Of a stretch of DNA of 64,000 bases, positions 13,381 to 26,235 are shown piece after piece. The notes under the pieces are model-generated. The model worked only from the letters and a program-made list of their open reading frames with translations. It had not been told where the DNA came from and did no database searches. Positions within the stretch are counted from its first letter, which is position 1, and every line of letters starts with the position of its first letter. The DNA comes from Octopus sinensis (lineage: Eukaryota), in assembly GCF_006345805.1 (NCBI RefSeq), contig NC_042997.1, positions 170,686,001-170,750,000 on the forward strand, in the 5' to 3' direction. The position numbers and the translations under genes were made by a program.

Positions 13381-15100
13381 TTACACATTCATATCTATGT
13401 GTATACGTAGGTATACGTGTGTAGAATACATCCCCACTTTTGGCACTATTTTGTTAGTAAACAGTACGAACTGTGTCTAAAGTATATATGTATTACTACG
13501 CTGAATGTTGACAGTTCGTGTAACAAGAAAAAGTAAATAAACACGTAAAACAATAACAATGCCTTCGTTGAGTTGTCTATCAGCCCATCGAGAACGAACA
13601 ATGCATAACACCCAGTATAATGATATTTATCAAGCAAGTTGTTCAGCAAAGCAAGACACCAGCACCAACTCCGTCACACTTTTTCCATTAATTCAGTGGC
13701 AATCGGGAAAGAGACATGGGGACAGATCGAGGTTGCTACTGGAAGTCTTCATCATTGGTCCTGTACACAGGTAGCCATAGGATGATGGTCGTTTTCTACA
13801 GACCTGGAGCACGTTGATTTCGTACCCTCCCAAGGACACGATAAAACATTAAACTAGGAACACTGCGCAGCTGTATCTTGCTGAACTCATGAATGGAAGG
13901 CCTCTTGATCATTAGTCTGCTAGATCAGGGTTGGCCTGAGCTTTAACGACAGCCATTTTGAAAGCGATTTGTTGTCAACTTAAATGAAGAGTTATAGAAA
14001 TGATCCGAACTATTATTTCTAAATGTTTATTATCATTGTGATTATTTGATAAAGTAAGCGGAGAGAAATATAGCTGTAGGAAATAGACGTCGTAAGATCT
14101 TAGTTTCTTGTATAAGATCAACATTGAAGCCATGATTGATTTTGAACATAAATAGATTAAGAAATAACCTAGCTAAGCGGTGAATTGGTAGTTGTTAGAG
14201 CGTCAGCTAAGAATACCTTACGGTATATGTATTCCAACGCTCCTGGTTCAAATTTCACTGAAGTCAATTATGCCTTTCATCTTTTAAAGGGGTCAGTAAA
14301 TAAAATACTTACGAAGTTGATTCTTCCCTATTTTTTTCTTTCGGAAATAGATAGTTTGCTTCGTAAGAAGGGAGCCTAGAGAGCCACTTACAGCTCCCCT
14401 TTGTCCAGAAATGTAGTAGGATTGAGCGAATGACTAGAAACCTATTCTCAGAGAACAAAAAAAAATGACATGCTACTGAAATCGTCCAAGAATTAACCGA
14501 TATTCAGTTCAACACTGAAGGGACATAAAAAAGAATAACCTTTCTGGAAGCACAGTTTAAGTATTTACTTTTGATGTATAGCAGGTGTAGAGGATGGTGG
14601 GGTTGTGGTAGTGTTGAATGTGAGGTGGTTGCTTATACCGCATTCTTGGTACTGATATGTGTTAATTGCTCTATGTGTATATTCGCTTACCTACATAGTT
14701 AGGTAAGGAAAGATTTGTTGCTTGTTAAAACTTGAATATGAATACTACATTGCAAATGAAAGATGTCAACCATCTATTTTGACCACGATATAGGTGACAA
14801 AATGGGGGAGTTACTACGTGTCTAATCGACCTGCAGAAGTTAGCCACCAAATCTTTCTCAAGTGGGGATATACATTGGATAAAGTGGTCTTTGATACGCT
14901 TGGTTATTACAATTCAGCACAATAGATATTTTGATAGTACAACAACATAATAGAAATGTTTCTGTACCATCACTACTAAATGTCTCAGAGCTTGACATCC
15001 GGTCTCATGGTGTGAAGCTGATGAGAGATAAATTTTCCTCTGGATGTGACACCAGTCTACTGCGGGTATCAATCTCAGAACGATTTGTTATCTTATCTGC

Positions 15101-15339
15101 TATATCTATCTATCCGCTCAGTCGAAGTCGACTCTCGGTTACTCCATGGATCAGTGTCCTCCAGCCAGTTTTATCCTGGGTCGCTTCTTTCAGATTGGCT
15201 ATGTCCATTCCCGTGTCACTCTTGATGGTGTCAAGCCAGCGGGTTCTTGGTTGGCCTCTTCCTCTCTTGTCACTGACCATTCCGAGCATGATGTCCTTCT
15301 CCAGGGATTTTCTCCTCATAATATGACTAAAATATGTCA
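15101..15339 (-). mobile_element. 5'-truncated RTE-clade (BovB-like) LINE, RT C-terminus and (GATA)n tail
   Basis: ORF 15110..15385 reads YFSHIMRRKSLEKDIMLG...RGRGQPRTRWLDTIK...WRTLIHGVTESRLRLSG, typical of the RTE/BovB C-terminus. 11-bp TSD atcttatctgc at 15090-15100 and 15340-15350. Confidence 0.92.
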
Positions 15340-15464
15340 ATCTTATCTGCAGGGATGTAAAATATATTGTTCCACTCGGAAACACAACGAAATGCCCGCG
15401 GCAAATTTGAACTCATCTTCTATGAGCATGTAGTCCAATAACTTGTCCATCCAGCTTTCTCGCT

Positions 15465-15504
15465 ACTACTACTGCTGCTACTGCTGCTACTACTACTACT
15501 ACTG

Positions 15505-15552
<48 letters not shown>

Positions 15553-15555
15553 TTA
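15465..15555. repeat. (CTA/CTG)n microsatellite
   Basis: Visible trinucleotide run. Confidence 0.95.
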
Positions 15556-16114
15556 CACGTTTCTGGTTTGAGAGCAAGAGCAGCTATTTTGAGCAAAAAG
15601 GTTTGTCGATGCCATCGACCCCGGAAAGATGAAAGACACTGTTGACCTCAACAGTATTTGAACTCGGAGTAAAGAGCCAGAACAAATGCTGCATGATATT
15701 ATTTCTGCCACTCACACAATGCTGCCAATCCATCATACTTACGTGTTTCTAGTACAGGAAGAATGTCTGGAATTTAGGGGAGAGGGTAAATCTATACCAT
15801 CGACTCTAGTACTTGACTGGCACTTTAGTTTATCAGCCCCGGAGGAATGAAAGGCAAAGTTGACTTTAGACTGTTTTGAACTCAGAACGAAAAGAGTCGG
15901 AAGAAATATCATAAGGCATCTTTTCCGGTACTTTAACGACTCTGCCAGCTCCATTGTCTTTAATTTAGAATTTAATTCTAATTTAGAATTAAGGCCAGTA
16001 ATTTTGTAAGAAGTGAGTTAGTCAATTCCATCGACTCCACTATAAACTCGGACTTTATTTTAACCCCCCCCCTTCCAAAAAAAAGGATTAAAGGCAAAGC
16101 TGACCTCAGCGGAG

Positions 16115-16650
16115 TTTGAACTCCAGACGTAAAGAGACGGATCAGAGGTAACATTTTTTTTTTATTGCTCACAAAGGGCTAAACATAGAGGGGACAAACA
16201 GGGACAGACAAACAAGGACAGACAAACGGATTAAGTCGATTACATCAACCCCAGTGCGTAACTGGTACTTAATTTATCGACCCCGAAAGGATGAAATGCA
16301 AAGTTGACCTCGGCGGAAATTGAACTCAGAACGTAGCGGCAGACGAAATACCACTAAGCATTTCGCCCGATGTGCTAACGTTTGAACTCCAGACGTAAAG
16401 AGACGGAACAGAGGTAACATCTTTTTTTATTGCTCACAAGGGGCTAAACATAGAGGGGACAAACAGGGACAGAAAAACGGATCAAGTCGATTACATCAAC
16501 CCCAGTGCGTAACTGGTACTTAATTTATCGACCCCGAAAGGATGAAAGGCAAAGTTGACCTCGGCGGAAATTGAACTCAGAACGTAGCGGCCAATGTGCT
16601 AAGCATTTCGCCCGATGTGCTAACGTTTCTGCCAGCTCGCCGCCTTAAAC
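16115..16650 (-). mobile_element. Two SINE family B copies within a 266-bp tandem duplication
   Basis: tttgaactccagacgtaaagagacgg occurs at 16115 and 16381, each followed by a SINE B body. Confidence 0.85.
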
Positions 16651-17504
16651 AGACGTAACATTTCAATCTCATACCACTTGGTTTTCATTTGTTTCCCACT
16701 ATTATGACTAAGGCAAAAGTCTCCAGAATACAATAGAATGTTTATAAAGGATGCTAAAACAAAATGATATTGATGAAATTGTTAATGTTCTCAAGAGCCA
16801 AAATATAGTTGTTTCAACATATCTTTATTCTGAGATTAAAATACAAAAGAGAATTCGAATCGTCTGCATGTTATCAAACTGCAGGAAAGGAAAAAAAACA
16901 TAGAAAGCATTGTTCATTTTTTTAATACTATCATTCTTACTGCATCATCACTTCCCCAGTGTAGCATTTATCCTAAATACATTTTTTCTTATATTTCTTC
17001 AGTTATAAGAGATATATTTTCTAATATTATATAAAACCTATATAACAGATTAGAGTCTCTTTTGTGATCTGTTTGATGTGGGTATTGTTCGTGTTTTTTT
17101 TGTTATGTCATCATTGTTGTTTTTATGCTCCACATATTGTTGGTGCTCTTCTTAAAAAAAATATAATAAAACAGAAAATAACGTATCTATTTGTTTTTGT
17201 TACGGTTATTTTAGTTAGTCATGAATAAGAAAAATTTATCTTATTTTTTATTTTTATTTTATTTTTCACTCCCGAATCTAAAATATTACTGTATGAAATA
17301 CAACAAAGAATCACGTCTGTTTGCTTTTCGAAGATTAACTCAAATTAGACACTGAGAATTCACTACAGCAACTTTAGGAATTGTGTGTCTGCGTGTTGGC
17401 CTGTGAGCTCATATAGACACGGTTATATACAAATGATTAAGAAATTCGCTTCGCAATCTTGAAGTCTTACAATCTATCCCAATGCCTGGCAAACTGGGAT
17501 CTTT

Positions 17505-17915
17505 GGATCTTTTCAGTTTGAACGGCAGTTTTTTCTAGCGGTGTCATATGAAATTGTCACCCATAATTATGACCCTAGTATCGATCTATTGCATTTCAAT
17601 CTATTTTAGGGTTAGGGGTAGGGGGAGGGTATATTTTTTTTCTTCACAAATGTAAATAAACCCAATCTGTTTCTTAAACGAGGGACATATTCATACAGCA
17701 CAGAATGTTGTTTACCTCAATGGACGTCAGTGATTGGTTGAAATTGCAGAAATTGAAGAAAAAAAACAACGAATATTTTACAAACTATAGAATTTTCTCA
17801 ATAAAGCCAAGAGAAAAAGATGTTTTATAAACACATTCTACCAGTATACGAAGTTTAAAAATTTTTAGTTACCTAGAAATTATGTTAAAAACTGCCGTTC
17901 AAACCGGAAAGATCC
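17505..17915. mobile_element. About 410-bp GGATC-terminal MITE (Merlin-like) with 8-bp TSD
   Basis: TIRs ggatcttttcagtttgaacggcagtttt and aaaactgccgttcaaaccggaaagatcc. TSD GGATCTTT at 17497-17504 and 17916-17923. Internal ttagggttagg motif. Confidence 0.92.
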
Positions 17916-17994
17916 GGATCTTTTATTATATACATACATTTACATGCATGTTATGTACATATATGCACATATATGCACACACACACATTATTAA

Positions 17995-18108
17995 AACTGA
18001 AGCCGAGAGCTTGTCTCACGACTCGAGTTTCATACTATTGTGATTTTCCCACCTTAAGATTGCAGTGGCGTGAAACTCGAGTTGAGAAACCAGCTCTCAG
18101 CTTCAATT
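17995..18108. mobile_element. 114-bp palindromic MITE with TTAA flanks (Kolobok-like RR...YY termini)
   Basis: Arms aactgaagccgagagcttgtctcacgactcgagtttca and tgaaactcgagttgagaaaccagctctcagcttcaatt are imperfect inverted repeats. TTAA at 17991-17994 and 18109-18112. Confidence 0.6.
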
Positions 18109-19348
18109 TTAATTAAATTAAATCTCATATTCTGTACAATATTTTGAGTACGTTTTTCTCATTTGTCCGACATTAAGCCACGTGGGGCAAGTACCTGTGG
18201 ACTACTTCAACCAATTGCAGAAAATATACGTAGTAGATAGGTCGGATAGCCAACAGGGACGGGGGAGTAGTGACAGGGCCTCTATATAGTCACTTGACCT
18301 GCTACAAATAACAATTAAGTCTTCCTCAAATTACAATGTCTAAAAATAAGAAAGGAAGCAGCGAACTAGCGGACTGGTTGCGTTGGCGGAAGGAATGTCT
18401 TGTGGTGTTTTTTTTCCGGTTCCCTGTGTTCTGTGTTCAAGTCCTGGTAATATCAGTTTTACCTTTCCGAGGTCGATAAATAATGTACCAATCAAGTACT
18501 GGGATCAAGTCTTTCTCTTTTTGACTACTTTGTGCTTTGAGAAAGATTTTCGGAAACAACACAGCGTCTTTTTTACGAAATATGGAGAAGGATTGATAGG
18601 GAGGGGGGACTAGAAACACCTTCTCATAGAAAAACTTATATGCAACTGGAACTGTCCTAAAACGGAGCAAGATTAAAGAAAAGAGACCTTAAATAATATA
18701 GTTTAGGGTTAGATTACCCTGAACTGTCTTTGAAATAAAATGGTATGAATAGAACAGAAATGCTTTTGACAATAAATCTGATCGGTTAGGTCCAACCTGG
18801 GGTTAAACAGCAACAATGGTAGAATCGAAATCGACCGTGTTTGTTTTAGCTAAGCAAACATCACTTCTTCAAGTAAACACAAATCAGTCAACCAGTGTTA
18901 TAGTGGTTGCGCTGCTAATATTTCTATTGTCTTCGTCGATTACCAATTCTCTTTCTAATTAGTTGAAAGCAATTAGAAATTCAACATTAGCTGCTTAATA
19001 ATTAACCGACGAAATTGTTGGCGAGCCGGATGAATATTGGCTGCAGGGAAACCATTGTATTTCCAGTAAGTTGAGTTTCTACTCAGCATGAATGACATCG
19101 TTTCGCACCAGGAGATCGAGTTATGAAGACGTTGCTAATCTTCCTGTTGTATCAAATACAGACAACTTATTGTTTCACTGACACAGAATGATATTATATC
19201 AGGCTTACTTAGTTGTAATATTAGATATTTTCTTCATTGTCTTCTTTTCCGTATTTTTTTTTTATACTGTAATGGTTTGGCAATAAGTAATGTGTGACAC
19301 GGGTGTGTGTTCTATGTAATGAAACTAGTTGTCAAGTAACTTATATTA

Positions 19349-20531
19349 TCAGGTCATCCCATAAGTTCTGTCCGAATTTTGAATAAAGAAAACAAGTGAT
19401 CAAATGTTATATTTAATTGAAATTTAATATTCAATGTACTTTCCCTGATTATCTATGACTTCCTTCCATCTATTTACAAGCTTTTTAATCCCCTAAATGT
19501 AAATCTCTTTTGGTTTCAAAGCGAAAAACTCTGAAATGTCAGTTTCGACCTCCTCCTGGCTTGCGGAAGTTATGTCCCCCAATTGATTCTGTAAACTACG
19601 AAACAAACGGTAGTCTGAAGGAGGAAGGTCGGGAGAATAAGGTGGATGAGGAATATTTTTCCCAACCAAGCTCTTCGATCTTCTGTGATGTGATCTTTGC
19701 AGTAGACTTGAGCAGTGATTGTTGCATTAGGTGGTAACAATTCAAAGTGAATTACTCATTTGCAATCCCACCAGATAGAGAGAAGAACTTTTTTCCAATG
19801 AAGTTCCCTTCTCAGTTGTGGTTGAACTTTTTTCCCTTTTACAAAGACACTGCTAACGACGTTTAACACTTCGATAGAAGATCCATTTTTCGTCACCAGT
19901 CACAATTCTATCCAAAAAAGGGTGAAATGAGTTCGTGAGAATGGAGAAAAGAGCAGATATCAACTCGGAATTTGCGGTTGCTTTCGGACAATTCATGAGA
20001 TACCCATTTTCCAAGTTTAGGAACCTTTCCAAGTTGTTGAAGATGACGACGAACAGTTGTATGGTTTGAACTAAGCTTTATTGCCAATTCTTAAACTGAT
20101 AATGCAGGATTTTCTTCAAGTAATACCTCAAGGAACTTATCATCAAACTCAACTGGACGTCCTGTTCGATCTTCATCTTCAAGGCTGAAATCTCCACTAC
20201 TGAGTTTTGCAAACCATCTTCTGCAAGTTTTTTCAGTCAAGCATTCTTTCCCATAAACTGAGAGTATGCTTCGAGTCGCTTCGGATGCAGAGTTTCCTTT
20301 TTTGTACTCATAAAGCATTATGAGCCTCAAATGCTCTTTGGATACTTCCATGTTAGAAAGGGTTTTAAAGACATTTTAATTCTTTTATTCTGTAAAATAA
20401 TATTTAATTAGTTTAAATGTACACAAATGCATAAAAATAATTTTAAATTCCATTAGACATTCTAAAATACTATTAAATTTCATTCATTTTTAAAGCAGGT
20501 AAAATCGGACAGAACTTATGGGATGACCTGA
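19349..20531 (-). mobile_element. Mariner (DD34D-type, Mos1-like) transposon with both TIRs; transposase pseudogenised
   Basis: Perfect 27-bp TIRs tcaggtcatcccataagttctgtccga with TA flanks. N-terminal HTH MEVSKEHLRLIMLYEYKKGNSASEA...TCRRWFAKLSSGDFSLEDEDRTGRP (20091..20351), plus FLDRIVTGDEKWI and YSPDLPPSDYRLFRSLQN in broken frames. Confidence 0.96.
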
Positions 20532-20882
20532 TAGTTACTTTTTAGATTTTCGGTATTATGGACCAGTCAGGGGAGGAAGGGCAATGCCTCTAACATTTTT
20601 TTTTTCAGGACTTCCGAGGCTGAAAAGGAAACAGAAATTTATTATCAGATGAGAAACGTGGCTTCAATTCTTACAACAAAAGAGACTCAGCTACGGGACA
20701 CTTATTGGTTAGGTGATAGTATTAAAGTGAGCGATGAATTATATCTACAACTTACTGTCTGAAAGGCAGGATAATAAACAATGAATTAATGAGGACTTTG
20801 TTGGTTTCATATGTTTACCTACAGCCATCGATCTTAATAAATGAGGACATATATTGTGCCACACCTCTTTTCTGATAACATA

Positions 20883-21518
20883 CAGTAATATCTCACTTTC
20901 TGAGGACCCGCTTTACAAGAGCCCGGGTTTACGAGTTTTATCTATATATATAAGCTGATGTTGTGTGTGTGTGGCAGGTTTGGTAGCCTTCAACTAACAC
21001 TATCTCCTCCTAGGTCCTGCGGCGCAAGTTGACCAAAATTGAGAGTATGAAGAAAAAATTCAAATCGGACCATGTTAAGACCAAAAATTATTTACATCAA
21101 AAAGGTGCTTTTTTTTCTATGAAAATCCCTACTTTTTACGATTTTTTGACTGCTGTGTCGCCATTTTTCGGTGCATTTCAACCAGAAAAATCTTCACTTA
21201 AAGCGAATAACAAGCTACATAATGCAAAATTTTTACTTTTCAAAAATTCCAATTCTAAAGGGTCTAAACAAACCCAAGGAACGCCAGGCGATACTGCTAG
21301 TTTTATAATAAATATAAAACGGTTAAACAGTCATTTTGTGTGTGTGACAACGTCGCAACATGAGGCAACACTGGTCTCCACAACTACATATAACGACAGA
21401 GTAAAATGAAAGGATAAAATGATATTGCTACTATAAGAAATCATTGCTCTGTTTTACGAGTTTTCGCTTTACGAGCGGTCTCCGGGAATAAATTAACTCG
21501 TACATCGAGGCATTACTA
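20883..21518. mobile_element. Tigger/pogo-like MITE (degenerate), interrupted by a Helitron
   Basis: ta|cagtaatatctc... and ...cgaggcattacta|ta ends, with repeated tttacgag subterminal motifs. Confidence 0.55.
20941..21300 (+). mobile_element. Non-autonomous Helitron, 360 bp
   Basis: Starts TCtatatatataa and ends ...cccaaggaacgccaggcgatactgCTAG (degenerate subterminal hairpin). Inserted between host A and T with no TSD. Confidence 0.8.
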
Positions 21519-21526
21519 TAGATTGT

Positions 21527-21739
21527 CCAAGGGGATGCTGAAAAGTTCCTGGCTTTGGGTAAAAGAAAATACAGGAAGACCAGTCAATTATGATTTTATT
21601 CAATATATTCCCCTCTCGGACTCCCTTATTGCAGCGGTCATTCAGTTGTTCTAAGCCATGTAAAAGAACTCGGCAGGTTGGGCCGCCAACCAGGCCTTTC
21701 GCGATACCTTTAAAGTGAGGAACTTTTCAGTAACCCTCA
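21527..21739. mobile_element. Mariner-derived MITE (irritans-like termini)
   Basis: Left ggggatgctgaaaagttcct and right aggaacttttcagtaaccctca|ta are imperfect TIRs. Confidence 0.7.
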
Positions 21740-22529
21740 TATAGTAACAGTTCATACCTTTATCCCTTGCCTCACAGACATGCTATTTCCTCTCTCTGCA
21801 TTCTCTGTTCTACCGTAGTGGCCTCTGATTCTCCGCAATGTCTAGTCTTGTGCCACTTCAACTCAGGCACGCCTGATTCTTTCGTTGCCTATGTCATGTA
21901 TCCCTCTATCCCCTCCTTGCACTAACCACAGAACATCTTTTGAATTTGCTCTTCTCCTTTGTATTTTTTCCGCAGCCGTTGTCTTGCAACTGTTCAATGG
22001 GAACGTTAGCAGTGTCGATGCGACCAGTCACGGGAGTGCGAAGTGTTGTAAAAACCATGGGTACACTCTCTTCCTCCGGACCAATCCAATAAATAAATAA
22101 ATAATTTTAAGAAGTAGGACAATATATATGTGTGTGTATGTGTGCGTGTGTATTTGTGTGTGTGTGTGTTTGTTTGTGCGCGCGCATGTATATACGTGTT
22201 ACATTTTGTAGCTTTCAACAAACATATCACATATTTTGTAGTATTCCGCTGATATATATCATTTGTAAAATAAAAATAAGGGGCAACTAGAGTTCGTCTG
22301 CATCGGTAAAATTTGGGATTTTTTTCAGGCCTGGTATTTATTCTTACTCAGCGCATTGATAAGTCACCCCATTCAATAATGGAGGCCTATCATTTTCAGC
22401 CGAATCCCGAATGCTCTGTTTCCTGCCACAGAGATGGGGGTGGACAGTGATAAGAGAAAGGGAAACTTAAACTTACAGTGCAAAGTACCGGTACAGAAAA
22501 TTCAAGATGCCTCGATTGACCTGGACTGG

Positions 22530-22569
<40 letters not shown>

Positions 22570-22627
22570 CCCAAAAGGACGAAGGATAAATTTGATCTTG
22601 GTATCACTTGAACTTAGAGCGTAGAAA

Positions 22628-22850
22628 GCAGAGACAAAAACCTATCTCTTTATAACCCACAAGGGGCTAAACACAGAGAGGACAAACAAGGACAGACAAA
22701 CGGATTAAGTCGATTACATCGACCCCAGTGCGTAATTGGTACTTATTTAATCGACCCCGAAAGGATGAAAGGCAAAGTCGACCTCGGCGGAATTCGAACT
22801 CAGAACATAGCGGCAGACGAAATACTGCTGAGCATTTCGTCCGGCGAGCC
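22628..22850 (-). mobile_element. SINE family B copy
   Basis: Near-identical to the units at 12291-12849 and 29319-29554. Confidence 0.88.
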
Positions 22851-23438
22851 GGGACAAATACCACCGTCCTATCAACTCTGCCAATTCGTCGTCTTGGCAG
22901 GGCAAGCACAAGTACTGTTAGGGATGAGAATATGTTACTCCTGAGGGTTAATGAATAACATTTTAAAGGATGGAGAAAACTTTTAAAATGTTTTCGGTAG
23001 CACTGAGAATATAGGTTTGACAGAATATTGTAACATTTTTTTAAAGACGAAAATATTCGGCTTCGTACGCTGTTTATTTTCGTCCCTCTAAGCTGTGCGC
23101 TTGTGCGCACACGTTTTATTGCTAGGAAGGAAAAAATGAGCGTACACAAATTTTCAAGATTAAATTAGAATATTTTTAATTGGAAAAGTTTCAGCGGTGC
23201 ATACTCGCATGGATGTGCATATAATTTATAAAGAAAGAAACACTAAGCAGACATACAGAGCAAAGAAAAGTAAAAAAAATAAGGGCAACTTTATTCATGA
23301 GCAATATACGTTGATTACACAGATTCAAGAGAAAAATACAGTTGGTTATATATACCTCAGAACTTCATTTTATCGACCTTACCACCCGGAAGCACGAAGG
23401 ACAACTTATCGTTGACAAAACTAGAACTCATAGTGTTA

Positions 23439-23504
<66 letters not shown>

Positions 23505-23862
23505 TGCAGGACATTTTGTCCACCACTACCAAATCTGCCAGTCAGCTGCCGTCGCATATTGGTATGTATTAGTAAATATTTTATTGGTTTGTGCGTTCAT
23601 TTTGTGCATTTAAGTTAAATATGCTACTTTCATCGGTGGTTAGCAATCTCTTTGGCTTCATGGCTCAGTGGCGATCAAAGTAAAAACCGACTGGAGCAGT
23701 TCGCATGGAATGCCAAAAATTACAAGCGAACTTCGCATGGAAAATGAAGAAAAAAACTGTTTTAAAGTTAAAGATTTTAAATATAGAAACCTATTGCTTA
23801 CCTTGTTTTATTAAACATATTTATATCTAATAAAAGTATAAAATATTATATTATAAACATAC

Positions 23863-24150
23863 TAATAATATTTTTCAAGACGTTCACGTATTAGTATAAA
23901 TTTTCTAAAACCTTAAAGAATATTTCAAAAAACTTACGATGCACCGTTTCAGACTCACTGGTTCATATCAACAAATTTTCCATCCATTTTATTAATCATA
24001 TTTGTATTTAATAAAATTTTGAATAATATGTTTTCCAAGATACTCAAGTATTAGTATAGATTTTTCTAAATCTTTAAGTAATATTTTTAAAACGTGCATT
24101 GCATCGTTTCGTATTCACTGGTTTAGATAAACAAGTTTTGCCATTCATTT
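23863..24150. repeat. Diverged tandem duplication of about 160 bp
   Basis: taataatatttttcaagacgttcacgtattagtataaattttctaaa...cactggttcatatcaacaaattttccatccattt recurs as aataatatgttttccaagatactcaagtattagtatagatttttctaaa...cactggtttagataaacaagttttgccattcattt. Confidence 0.7.
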
Positions 24151-24673
24151 CTTTCTTCTTTTTTTTTTCTTACTGTTCTTAAATAGTTTAAAATAGCTCT
24201 CCCCGATATGTAATTGTCTCAGTTCCAACACACAATCTCGGTTCAAGTTATTTGCCAAACAACTCCCCACTCCGAAACAACCATGAAATATTGGTTTTAA
24301 GTTTTGGTACACTGCCAGCAATTTCATCGATCCCAGTATTAAACTGATACTTATTTTATCGATCCCAAAGGATGAAATGTGAGGTTGAGTTGGATGGAAT
24401 TTGAACTCAGAACGTAAAGACAGACGAAATGCCGCTAAGCATTTTGCCCAGCGTGCTAACAATTCTTCCAGCTCACTGCCTTAACAAACAAGAAATATTT
24501 TTTCTATATATATTTTGTCTCTGAACTCAAGGCAACGAGCAGGCAGAGTCATTAGAACATCGTATAAATGCATTACGGAATTTCTAACAAATTTTTTCCA
24601 TCTGAGTTCCTGATATCAACTTTGCTTTTCGCCCCTCTAAGACAGATGAAATAAAGTACCAGTTAAATACTGG

Positions 24674-25106
24674 GGAATCTTTTCGGTTTGAACGGCAGTT
24701 TTTTCTAGCGGTGTCATATGAAATTGTCACCCATAATTATGACCCTAGAATCGATCTATTGCATTTCAATCTGTTTTAGGGTTAGGGTTAGTTAAGGTTA
24801 GGGTTAGGGGTGGGGGAAGGGTATCTTTTTTCTTCACAAATGTAAATAAACCCAATCTATTTCCTAAACGAAGCACATATTCATACGGCACAGAATGCTT
24901 TTTAACTCAATAGACGTCACTAATTGGTTGAAATTGCAGAAACTGAAGAAGAAAAAACAACAAATATCTTACAAACTATAGAATTTTCTCAATAACACCA
25001 AGAGAAAAAGATGTTTTATAAACACATTCTACCAGTATACGAAGTTTAAAATTTTTTAGTTACCTAGAAATTATGTTAAAAACTGCCGTTCAAACCGAAA
25101 AGATCC
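24674..25106. mobile_element. About 430-bp GGATC-terminal MITE (Merlin-like) inserted in an old SINE B
   Basis: Same body as 17505-17915. TSD aatactgg/aatacggg (7/8). The host SINE continues on both sides. Confidence 0.9.
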
Positions 25107-25650
25107 AATACGGGTGGGGGGGGGGGGCGACGGTATCGACTTATTCCCTCTTCTCACCTCAAAATTACTGTCCTTTTGTCTAAATCAGAAATATTTTGTC
25201 TCTAAAGGAGAATTGTTAGGTGTCGGACAAAATGTCTTATAGTAGATAGTTATGCTACTTTTTTTCGTTCTGTGTTCAAATCTGACCGAGGTCAACAAAC
25301 ATTTCATCACTCCGGATCTGTAAAGTACTAGGAGAGATATAACTGATTAATCCTCCATCTTCCAAATTTCAGGCCTTCATCTGAAATTAGAAACAATTAT
25401 GTTGTTCCTAAAAAATATTGGTTTCAAATTTTGGCACAAAGCCAGCAATTTCAAGAAAGGGAATTAGTCGATTACATCGACCCCAGTGATCAACTGTTAC
25501 TTATTTTATCGACCTCAAAAAGATGAAAAGCAAAGTCGAATTCAGAACGTAAAGACGGACGAAATGCCGCAAAGCATTTTACCCAGCGTACTAAAGATTC
25601 TGCCAGCTCGCGGCTTTATTACATCCCCACCACCAAATATTGATTTCTGA

Positions 25651-26050
25651 GCTGGCAGAAAGGTTAGCACGCCGGGCGAAATGCTTAGTAGTATTTCGCC
25701 TGCCGTTACGTTCTGAGTTCAAATTCCGTCGAGGTCGACTTTGCCTTTCATCCTTTCGGGGGTCGATTAAATAAGTACCTGTTACGCACTGGGGTCGATA
25801 TAATCGACTTAATCCGTTTGTCTGTCCTTGTTTGTCCTCTCTATGTTTGTCTGTCCTTGTTTGTCCCTTGTGGGTAGTAAAGAAATAGGTATTTCGCCTG
25901 TTTTTACGTTCTGAGTTCAAATTCCGCCGAGGTTGACTTTGCCTTTCATCCTTTCGGGGTCGATAAATTAAGTACCTGTTGCGTACTGGTCGATCTAATC
26001 GATTGGCCCCACCTCCCCCAAAATTTCGAGCCTTGCGCCTAGAGTAGAAA
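25651..26050 (+). mobile_element. SINE family B dimer
   Basis: A full unit ends gtaaagaaataggt and runs directly into atttcgcctg...gagttcaaattccgcc, the same junction as in the 12.3-kb trimer. Confidence 0.85.
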
Positions 26051-26059
26051 AGAAACAAA

Positions 26060-26235
26060 GCCAGACAAAGGGATTAAGTCGACTACATCGACCCAGTGCG
26101 TAACTGGTACTTATTTAATCGATCCCAAAAGGATGAAAGGCAAAGTCGACCTCGGCGGAATTTGAACTCAGAACGTAACGGTAGACGAAATACTGCAAAA
26201 CATTTCGCCCGGCGTGCTAGCGATTCTGTCAGCTC
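26060..26235 (-). mobile_element. SINE family B copy
   Basis: Reverse-complement match to the family B head and core. Confidence 0.85.

Noticed and set aside
14400-14740. Possible Penelope GIY-YIG remnant (LNCASRKVI...IG)
   Set aside because: Only a few residues match, which is too degraded to call.
22667-23149. ORFs sharing RLCLSSFRGRLNKYQLRTG (also 12641, 25591, 26083, 29212)
   Set aside because: The recurring peptide is the translation of SINE family B, not a gene family.
24776-24812. Telomere-like TTAGGG repeats (also about 17608 and 41013)
   Set aside because: They are an internal part of the Merlin-like MITE consensus, not interstitial telomeres.
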